Part shown: piece after piece, positions 53,843-64,000 of the stretch | Position numbering within the stretch: position 1 is the stretch's first letter | How the letters are laid out: each line of letters starts with the position of its first letter | DNA from: the human T2T-CHM13v2.0 reference genome, Homo sapiens | Strand: one strand, 5' to 3' | DNA: 64,000 bases | Assembly: GCF_009914755.1 (NCBI RefSeq) | Contig: NC_060927.1 | Made by a program: the position numbers and the translations under genes | The notes under the pieces: generated by a model | The model's database searches: none | Seen by the model: the letters and a program-made list of their open reading frames with translations, nothing else | Told to the model about the DNA's origin: nothing

Positions 53843-54388
53843 AGCTTTATTAGTGAATTAAAATTCATATAACATAAACTCACCATTTTAACTGTATTAA
53901 AGTATATAATTCAGTGACATTCGCAAGGTTGTATAAATATCACCAACTACCTCCAGAACATTCTCATCACTCCAAAAGGAAACCCTATACCCATTAAGCA
54001 GTCACTCCCCATTTTTCCTTCTCCCAGCCCCTGGCAACCACTAATCTCCTTTCTGTTTCCACCTATATGCCTACTCTGGACACTTCATATAAATGAAATC
54101 ACACAGTATGTAGCCTTTTGAGTGTGGCCTCTTTCACTGAGTATGTTTTCAAGGTTCATCCATGTTATAGTATGTATCAGTACTTCATTATTTTTTATGG
54201 CTATTATATTGTATAGATATATCATAGATGAATAATTTTTATTCCTTCATTCAGCAGTTGATGGATATGAGTTGCTTCCACTTTTTGGCTACTATGAATA
54301 ATGCTGCCATGAATATTTGAGTATAAATTTTATGTGAACATATGCTATCACTTCTCTTGAGTATATACCTCAGAGTGGAATTGACAGG
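53843..54388 (-). mobile_element. L1MB (about MB3-MB4) 3' end
   Basis: CCAAAAGGAAACCCTATACCCATTAAGCAGTCACTCCCCATT..CCCAGCCCCTGGCAACCACTAATCT. Confidence 0.9.
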
Positions 54389-56849
54389 CTCATTTTCTTT
54401 TTTGCTTTATCATCTTCACAAGGAGTTTATGTATCACATTGATCTTTCCAAAGAACCAGCCTTTAGATTTATTTCGGGTTTTACTATATGGTTTTTCTAT
54501 TTCATTACTTTCATCTTTCTAACAATCTCCTCATCTTCTATCTTGTATTATTCTTTATACTAACTTCTTAACATTAGGTTATCTTTATCTTCCCTCTTCC
54601 TTAATAACAAAGGCCTTTAAGGCCATCAATTTTCCTCTGACAACTATTTTAGCTAATTTTCATTGGCTTTTACAAAAAATATTTCCTTTTCATTGCTTTC
54701 TAGGTGATTTCCTCTTCATCCAAAAGATATCTGGGAATGTTTTAATTTCTATGTAGATTTTTTTAACCTTTTAGAAAAACTGTTAAAATTTGATATATGT
54801 TAGCTTACAGTCAGAGAAAGTGCCTGCAAAATCTCTGCTCTCTAAAACTCAGTTTTCTTAGCAGCCAAGTGCAGAGATGCTCAAAAATATTTAAAGAATG
54901 TCCCACTGTAATTCCTATTATTCACGTTTTGATTTCTAGATCTATCCTCCAAATCTCATCTTTTTTTTTTCAATATTTCATCATGGGTTTTTTTATATGC
55001 TTGGATACATTTCTTGCATTTGGTCTTTTCATTCACTAATTCATATTTCGACAGTGACTATGCTCTCCCACAAATCCTGAGTTGTTCAAATGAGATATAT
55101 TTAATATCTGAAATTATTTTCTGTTCTTTGAATTTCCTTAAGTGCTCCCAATTTTTGTTTTCAAATTCAGTTTTCATGTTTTCGCCAGTAGTCCTAGTTA
55201 CCTGGAGTGTGTACTCTGATTTTCCTCTCTCACTTGCTATGGGTCTCCTTAAATGAATTGCTATTTTTCGCTAACTCACTGGAGCTCAGGTCTGGTTGCC
55301 AGATTATCCTAAATGGCAGAAATATCACAGGTGGTGAAAAGCAAAGGTAAACAGCCTGTCAGTTCCCTGCAAAGGCACATGGACAAAGAGCTCTGTTGTC
55401 CTATCTCTATTTCTTTTTAGCCTCCAAAGACAGAGAGGACTCCACCAGGACATTCAGCTACTTTAGCTTTTTAGCAGCTAGCGACACTTCGGTACTTAAA
55501 ATGGATAAATATTGATCTCCTCCTACAGGAGTTCACAAACCTCTAAAGCCCAAGCTCTTCGTCCCAATGTCTATTGCTTTCTCATATTTACCCATGGACT
55601 CCAGCACCATTCTCCAGTTGCTTGCCCAACAGAAGGCAGAAGTTTCAAAGCAGTGTTTCTCTGCCCAAGGTGTCATGACAGTTGTTTATAGGTCACAGCA
55701 GCCATTTGCTTCAGAAAGCCAGGCAGCTTGGAATTGGAAGTGAAGAAGATAACCATATATAGCTACTTTGTTTTCAAAGTCTTTAATTTTAAAAAAGCCT
55801 GGGGTGGAGTGGGGTATGTGGGTGTGAGGTATGTCTGGACTTCATTATACTTATTCCTAAGAATCAATAGTTTCCTCAGAAAGCATATTCCTGAATATAT
55901 AAAATGACAATATGTTCTTCTGCATGCTCTTTAGATTGAAATCGTGAAATACACTCCAGCTATTAATCACTTTAAGTAAGCTTTAATGCAATCCCAGTTT
56001 TAATTATTCCAGGACTTAATTATCTTTTGTTTTGAAAACAACTTCAAATCAATTTGCTGTAGTTTCAGTTAGAAAGACAAATTATGACTTTAGCCAATCA
56101 AGTCTGCCAATGTCTAACAAGTTTTATAAATATGAAAAAGTATGTCAGCTATTTATATAGGAATTACATGTGTCCCACATGTGGTTTACACGATGTTACC
56201 CTCTATATTGTTCACAACCCAACTACCTTTTTTGCTTTCTAGAAGAGCTAAGTAATTATATTATATTATCACTAATATTACAGTGTTTAACTGGATAAGA
56301 CTTCTAAAAACTCAGATAATTAGGTAAAATAATTAAACCTATTTTTTAATTGTGTGAAATTTTATGAACATTCCTTAAGAATTAGAAAGCTCATATAAAA
56401 AGTTCAAAATCTCAATTGCAATCTATGAATTACAAAGCATAGTGTGCTTTGTTTGTCCCTCTATCCAGATAGGAATCATATAGGATATGAAATATGGGTT
56501 TCATCCTTAAATCAGCAGATAATATAATTCTGTGTACTCTATTCAACACAATATCCTGAATTGATTGTAGTAGATTTGCTTTACCACTGATGGGAGATAC
56601 CTGACACATTTCTTTTCTGAATCATGGTAAATGTAATTTTATTGGAATTTTTGCCATGATAGAATTTCATTAAGTACCTAAAAGGATAGAAAACTGTGAG
56701 CATGTACAAACACGTTGGGTCTTGGAAAAGTACAGGGAAAGTCTATAATAGGTAATAATTTTAACAATGCTAAATTTGAACTCCAATAAGTAAACGGATA
56801 GCCTAGTAAGGAAAAATAATTTTCCCAGGATAAGTACAAAAAAGCCTGA

Positions 56850-56950
56850 TCAACATTGAATTCCTCCTGTGTGCCAGATATTAGGCTAAGGACTAAAGCT
56901 ATAAAGATAAATAAAGCATGGTACCTGTTGTTAAGGAACTGCAGTTAAGT
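56850..56950 (-). mobile_element. L2 3' fragment
   Basis: ATTGAATTCCTCCTGTGTGCCAGATATTAGGCTAAGG...AAGATAAATAAAGCATGGTACCTG. Confidence 0.65.
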
Positions 56951-59024
56951 GTACTATAATTCTAAATGTTACCTTTCCTAAGTGATGAATGTCAAAGAAT
57001 TTAAGTTATAAGTTAAACTGCATATAAAACATCACACTGAATCAAACTCACTTTACACCAGATGCACCCATTTGTGCATTATAAAACTCATCATTACACA
57101 TATAAGACAGAAACAGAGTAATGCATACCCCAAATGACAGAAACAACCATTTATTTTTGGCTCTTATACACTTTGGTAATTCGCTTAACAACAAATGTTG
57201 AGACTGTAATGTAGAATATTTGAATCAGAAGAACCTAGAATTTTGTTCATTTTTCCCATACTGCTTTTCAGCTCAAATGACCCCTTTAACACAGTATTGC
57301 CTTGCTCTCAATCCCTTTCTAAAACAAGAAAGATTATTAAAAACATGAGTGTTCAAAGGTATTTCTCTGAGGGTCAGATGTATAAAGGACAGTGAGATAC
57401 AAACAACATAGCTGTTAAGAACACTAGGTCCCACAGGCTATCAAAATTACAAGAACAACAGAGTACCACCGATGATGAACTTGAGGAGAAAGGTGCCATG
57501 CACTAACTGAATGTTGATAATTTTTCTAACTTTAAAATACATTTTTCAGTGATGTATCCATTTGAATTATATAAAATGATTATTATACTATACTTCTTAA
57601 TGCATTAAAAATAAGAGAATAAAGAAAATATCAGATATTCTCATAAGGAACAGTAAAGACACATAAGGGATGGTATAGCAATTTCATTATTCTTTGACTG
57701 CATTCAGATGATACAGCTTATATTTGTAATATAGCTTAACAGTAAACATTATCTTTTGAAAACTTTTTAAGTTTTTAGTACCTTGTATACAAAGGGTATA
57801 TGAGTATGTATGTATACATGACAGAAGTACTTGGTTGGAGGTCATTTAAATTATCTGCAATAAAAATTCACTTTAAAGGTTACTATAATTCCTTTTAATT
57901 CATGCATGCTGACTATACTAAATATAATCCAAAGTCATGTACACTGACTTTACCTGAACTGATTTGAGACTACTACTCTGATAGAAATGCATTTACACTA
58001 TCAGATAAAATTAAATCTTTCTTTCAGTATAGTGACAAATCAAGGAAAAGTTAAAGTACATAATAAAAGTCTAGACTGTATTCCACTCAAAGCATAGTAG
58101 AGGCTGTTTTAAAATTCCATGAATATGGGAAGGAGGAGACAAAAGCTAAATTCCATAATAAATAAAACAAAATTAAGGTATATAATATTTTACCCCTCAT
58201 ATCCATCACATCCTCAAGAAAGTTAACAGATGTTTTCCTGTTTTTGAAAATTGGACAGCAAACAACAATGTAGATTATAAATGTTCCTAGAACAGTGATT
58301 TCCAAATTGGGTGGCACACAGTAGGCATTCAATAAATGGCTTACCACACAGATTGTGCTACATTGCATATCTTTGTCATGCACTTAAACTTACTGCCTAA
58401 CTCTAGGTTAGGACTGATGATCATGTTTTTGTGCCAAAAGCATAGCAGTCTTTGTTTTCGAAACTCTCAGTGACCCATATTTAAGCCAGCTATTGGTTTC
58501 TGAAACAAATGTTAAGGGCACAAAGAACAAACAAACACAAAAGCCTTCCAAAGTCATAGGATTTGCTACCCTTTGAATATACTGTTTCTAGTCTCCCTCA
58601 CCCCTATTTCTGCATGATACCTGGTTCTTGGTTATTCAGTCGGGTTTGATTTAGTTTTCCTTTTTGACCTCTACCTTCCCAGAACTTTCAGTAATACTTC
58701 CTTTGTCCTGCTCCTACCCATGATTTCCAAGGCCTGCTTTAACATGGTACCCAGCTCCACTGTTGCAAATAGAACTAAATCAGGCAGCAGTTAGAGTCTA
58801 TTCATTGTACAACCTTTAGACAAATTCTCTATCATCATTTTTAATTCTAGACTGAAGAGTTATATTTTAAAAAGATTCTATCACAGCAACCATTGTTCCT
58901 ACTTACAACTCTTTCACCTTGTACCCTTCTCTAGAACCTTCTCCAAATCTATGCCTTTCTGAAATAAAATTGCCATTATTAATCTGGGCAAGCACTGAGT
59001 TAAAATCGTCCCAGAATAGTGGTC

Positions 59025-59270
59025 TGATGGGGTGGTGATTAAGAGCTTAGGTTCTCCAGAGCTGTACTTGAGTTTAATTTCCCATGTGTTTTATACTTAG
59101 CTGTGTGACTTTGAACAAGATACTTACCCTTTCTGAGCCTTCGCATATCTTTAAAATTGGGATAATAAAGGTACCTGTCTCACGGGATTGTGGAATTAAC
59201 TGAAAAAATGCAGATATAACCAATGACTGCAACAAAGTAAGATCTCAGTAAATGTTGGCTACTATTGGTG
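59025..59270 (+). mobile_element. Near full-length MIR
   Basis: GTGATTAAGAGC...TAGCTGTGTGACTTTGAACAAG..TAAAATTGGGATAATAAAGGTACCT..CTCAGTAAATGTTGGCT. Confidence 0.88.
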
Positions 59271-60998
59271 TTGGTGGTGTGATTAGTATTCCTGTTTAAT
59301 ACAAGGATAGAATGCATTTACTTTTCACTGTGCTTCCCACTAATAATTTTGCTAGTCTTTTTGGTACTCATGGCTTTAGAAGAGTTACAGTGATTCTTCA
59401 ATATGTATACTGGGTTTCAGTTAACACTAAAACCAGCTTCCCTTAAGCACATTTAGAATATCTTTTCCATTATTTGCATGCATTGAAGCATTCATACCAC
59501 CTTTTGGGTCCAACAATTGATCTAAAATTATTCTTACAATTTCTCCTGATTAGCTAGATGTTTGGTAAGCTAAAATAGCTTACCATCATCTAACAGACAG
59601 TATATTTTGGCTACGAGGTGATTTATAAAATATTATATGATCAGTACCAGGAACATCTGGAGCTGTGGGTGGATGTGAGGAAATGAGAGGATTCAGGATA
59701 GTATAGCTTCCTGCAGATTGCTGTTTCCATCTAAGGTAATGTTAGATAGCTTTAAGCCTTTCACTACCATTCATACTAGCAAAAAGGATGAGTCAATTAA
59801 ACAGAAACTGAGAGTAAAATTTTAAATTAGAACTTTGAGGTTATCATTAAAGATATATCAAGTAGGTATATAGAAATTGTATATAGTTGTTTCTTTCAAT
59901 ATATAACAGGACAATATTTGCAAAGTCTTTTCTAACAGATTCTTTCCTAGTCAGATTTCTTTGCCTACCTTATCTTCCTTCCTATGTAAATCTATCTGTG
60001 CATGGATATAATATAAGATCAAAAACTAAATGCAGTAGTTAAAAATTACCAATTTTATAAGATCTGCATGGAGGTGGTTCCTGATTACTCAATGTATACC
60101 TATGTTTTGCTTAGAGAAGAGAATCACAAAACCAAATTTATCTTTTATCTTTGAATAAATGTATCTATCTATAGATTTTATAGAAATAGAAAAATGTGAG
60201 TTGATTCATTCTGTTGTTACCTGCATCCTCAATTTTAACAACTTTATGCTGCATGAAATGCAGAGTCAAGTTTACAAATTCTATTAGCAATACACCTTCC
60301 TGAGTTAAGATGAGTTGGCAAAGTATTTATGTAAACTAATAGATTTATTATACTTACCCACTATGAAAGATTATAAGTACTTAATATCATATATCTATAC
60401 TTTACTAGTGTGCTATGTTAGAAAGCATGTATCATTAAAATTAAACTTTTATAAAAGACTAAAAGTGGAAAGCAAAGTCAAGTATTTTACATATACTGTT
60501 TCTAGGTGTCCTAAGCATCAGTTTCAGTAACACTACCAGAAGCTAAAATAACAATTCAATTGTTGAAGGAAACAAACTCAGATGATTAGAACTGAAAATG
60601 ACCCTAAAAATGAAAAATCTAAGGTGCTAAGGTGGAGATCCGCATAGATTATGCAACATGCCATAGATCATGTAACTAATTAATGGCCGCAGTAGAACTA
60701 GAACAACCTCTACTAACTTCACATCTGAGATTTTTGACAATGTATAACAAAGAGTTGAATTTAATATATGAGAGATTGAAAAGGTAGATATTGTCCCCAA
60801 GTTAAAAATCTTTGGATGTAATTACTTCTACTTACTTAATTTTATATTCCTAAGACGACACATTTAAAATAGCATAAAACTGTAAAAACTCGTTAGAAGT
60901 AATGAAAACTACAAACAAAATTTATGCTTTATCTTAAATCAAAACCATGGAAAAGGCCATTTTCTTTTGTCTAAAGGAAGCCTGAGATTTACTGAAAA

Positions 60999-61069
60999 TG
61001 TGTGTGAGTGCGAGAGAGTGTGTATGTGTGTGTGGTGGTGGTAGGGGTCTTTGTTTTGTTTTGTTTTGT
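60999..61069 (+). repeat. (TG)n, (TGG)n and (TTTTG)n simple repeats
   Basis: tgtgtgtgagtgcgagagagtgtgtatgtgtgtgtggtggtggt...ttgttttgttttgttttgt. Confidence 0.8.
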
Positions 61070-62857
61070 AAATTGTTAGAGATTGTTCTATTAATAGTTT
61101 CCTTTTGTAATGGTAATCTGTGCTCCAAAATGAGGGCACACTAAAATGAATTTCTGATAATTTATAAAGCAGTGAAATACAAATACATTTCTAGAAACTT
61201 ACTAATGACAGTAAGAAAATGGGTACCAAGAGTTTCAAAATTAAAAATCAAAATCTTTTTAATATTATGTTGAATTAGAACATCTTTTTAAAAGCCAAAA
61301 GTAATTGAAAAGAGATTAAATTGGTACACTCAACTCTCTAAACTGTGTGTATATTTTTCTTAAAGTGCATATCTGTGAGCTGACAGTAAAGACAGGCTGG
61401 CTGCTTTGTTTGACTATAGTTCTGTTTACCTCATACTGTCAAGAATGGATTTTGACACAGTATTAATATTGCTATTTTTATTGATATAATTAGCACTGCT
61501 ATAAATAATTTCTTGTGCTGCCATATGTAAGTATATCATTACAATCAGCAGTATTTAGTGCTTTTCTTATATGACACCTTGAAAACAGACTGTTGGCCCA
61601 AAGAACAAAAGTGACCTCATGATATGGGAATCACTGAAAAAAACATTGCCCTGTCAATAGAGACTACTGTTTTGTGTATGACTTCACTAAACAAACTAGT
61701 TTATATTTGTTTGAAACTAAAGTTTCTCACCAATCTGCTGTTTCAATTTCACATCACACCATATTGTACCTAAAACAGGCAATCTGGATTCCTGTTGCTA
61801 CTTTTTCTTCCCCCAAACAGCTCAGGAATGGGTTTGAAATACAAGGCTTGAATACATAAAGCAAAATAATTAAGACACCCAAAATTCAGAATGGGTGGGT
61901 GAAAACAAGTACACTTGAAACCATTTGTGTAACTACTAGTGGGTGGCCCACTGTGAGTTTTTGATTATATGAAAGCAAAATCAAAACATATTTTATCTTG
62001 CCTCTAGATCACATCAGCTGTGACAATAACCTCATCTGGACCTTGAATAGTTTGTTCATAAAACAAAGTAGGGTGACTGACCCAGTGCATATTCAACACA
62101 GAGTATGAAGGCCAAAAGAAAATGACAATACCATTCAAAACAAGTTTGTGGAAATTTTAGACTAGTATATTAAAACCTTTCTTTGTCTCTATCACTTGAC
62201 AGATGGTTAGCCTTCACACAGCCTAGTATCTCTGGCAAAGAAATGACTGTGTCTAGCCAATAACACCCCAAATTTTGACTTAAAATGCACTGTACACATG
62301 CTTAGACTTACCTTACAAATATGAATATTAATAAACTTAGTCATGCTTACTTTATTACTATAAAAACTTGATAGATGTCAAGATTTCATCTTCTGCCGTT
62401 AAAAATACCTTCTTGAAACTCAACTATCTTAGGTGGATATAAGGTTCCATGAACTCTGCACTTCAGATTTCATTCATTTCACAGGTTGGCTGGTAATCAT
62501 GCTTAAAAAAATACTTCCAAAATAACACTTCATCCCAAAAATATAAAATTTATAGAAATTTAATTAGCTTGTGTTTCTATGCTATCCATAGGAAAGTTTT
62601 GGTAACAAAGTGGCTTAAACAAAATCACCAGGGAACCCTGAATACACTCCATGTCAAGGACCACAGGCAGGACTGGAATTATTTATCCAGTATTGATATG
62701 TCTTTATTCAAAAACTGCTCATTTATAAATATATACTCACACACACATGCAAACACACATCGATCAACCATCCTTACCAGAAAACAGGAAATGGTCTTAC
62801 TTTTTAACATTCAATTAGCCATTCTTCCATTTTGCTCTTTAAAAAAAATTCAACTGA

Positions 62858-63147
62858 GGCTGGGCACGGTGGCTCACACCTGTAATCCTAGCTCTTTGGG
62901 AGGCCAAGGCAGGCAGATCACGAGGTCAGGAGATCAAGACCATCGTGGCCAACATGGTGAAACCCTGTCTCTACTAAAAATAACAAAAAAATTAGTAGGA
63001 CGTGGCTGTGCGCGCCTGTAGTCCCAGCTACTCAGGAGACTGAGGCAGGAGAATTGCTTGAATCTGGGAGGGGAGGCTGCAGCGGGCCAAGATTGTGCCA
63101 CTACACTCCAGCCTGGCGACAGAGCAAGACTCCATCAAAAAAAAAAA
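62858..63147 (+). mobile_element. AluSc-like SINE
   Basis: GATCACGAGGTCAGGAGATCAAGACC, CAGCCTGGCGACAG; TSD AAAAAAATTCAACTGA at 62842-62857 and 63148-63163. Confidence 0.95.
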
Positions 63148-63861
63148 AAAAAAATTCAACTGAAACAATGTATTCCATTAGTTATAAAGTCTGTTTCCTC
63201 CTAAATCTTCCTATTTATAGTTTTCAGATGCTGGCAAGTCCGTATACAAATAGCCAGAGGCAATCACAAACTGCTCTAAAGTGCATTAATATGTACCCTT
63301 CCTGGAAGAGGCTGATTATGTTCCAAATTAGCATAAATAGAGATCTAATGTAGGTATAAGCGTGACAAACCCTCCACGGCACAGGATGGGAGGGCTGGAG
63401 GAGGGAGGATTGTATTAAAAAAAGTTATTCCACTTAAGAACTAAACTTGTATTTGGCTAACAAAGTAAGACTCACCATGACAGATGGGAAAAAAAATTAA
63501 AAAGGAAAAACTGTTATTTGAGAACTATGAACTAGGTTTTGGAAAGGTGAGACACCCACTACTTGAAGTCACAATCTCAGCATTAAATCATATACTCATT
63601 TAACCAGGTACCAACTTTCCTTCTATTAGAAACCCAGGATTTTTACACCTACAGACTAAATGATTAAAGTATTGCTAAAATCTTCTGTAATGTTCCTCTT
63701 GCATTACAAATAAGTCTATTAAAGCAGAAAAGTGCCAATCAAATGCTTTTGAAAAAATGGTTTAAATAACAAAGCATTTTTTGCAGGTCTCTCCTCTTTA
63801 ATGTCGCCTATAAACTAATTACAATAAATTTTCACCTTCTCTTGATAAAATCACAACTGAA

Positions 63862-63996
63862 ACTAGGCATGGTGGCATGCACCTTAGTCCCAGCTACTAG
63901 GAGGCTGAGGCAGGAGGGCGGATCACTTGAGCCCAGGAGTTAAAGTACAGCCTGGGCAATAAAAGGAGATTCCCATCTCAAAAAACGAAAAAGAAA
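63862..63996 (+). mobile_element. FLAM (free left Alu monomer)
   Basis: GGTGGCATGCACC.TAGTCCCAGCTACT..GGATCACTTGAGCCCAGGAGTT..CAGCCTGGGCAA followed by an A tail. Confidence 0.85.
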
Positions 63997-64000
63997 CCCA

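Larger units (their letters stand above)
51560..54900 (-). mobile_element. Highly degraded antisense L1M(E) remnant
   Basis: T-rich stretch with L1 antisense motifs (GATTCTAATTGGAATTGCATTA, ATCATCAGCAAG, GATCTTTCCAAAGAACCAGCTTT, AATTTTCCTCTGAC). Confidence 0.65.

Noticed and set aside
60351-60375. Possible 3-nt microexon ctttcatag|TGG|gtaagt (-)
   Set aside because: Weak pyrimidine tract; such juxtapositions are expected by chance in 64 kb
62569-63353. 150-aa and 99-aa ORFs
   Set aside because: Largely Alu-derived reading frames

Overview
AT-rich, CpG-poor primate (almost certainly human) genomic DNA with no supportable protein-coding gene. The supplied ORFs are chance, low-complexity or Alu/L1/LTR/DNA-transposon readings. 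The window looks like the interior of a very large minus-strand gene with long introns and small non-coding 5'-UTR exons. The main element is an internal promoter/leader exon at about 20.65-21.1 kb (- strand). From memory it resembles the 5'-UTR of ZBTB20; this is unverified. The exon carries a strong-Kozak 22-codon uORF bracketed by two alternative AAG|GTAGG donors. Other small candidate minus-strand exons lie at 2210-2248, 17123-17240, 37888-37941 and 42247-42263. The interval ~1.6-23.1 kb is depleted of young transposons and contains a convergent CTCF-motif pair and a perfect IR1 nuclear-receptor element. The rest is rich in Alu (J/S/Y and monomers), L1, MIR, L2, MaLR/ERVL LTRs, MER5 and a ~2 kb fossil hAT-Charlie transposase. 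I see no evidence for a novel multi-gene system; the most interesting signals concern splicing/uORF control and cis-regulation. Repeat subfamily calls are by eye, and boundaries of old elements are approximate.
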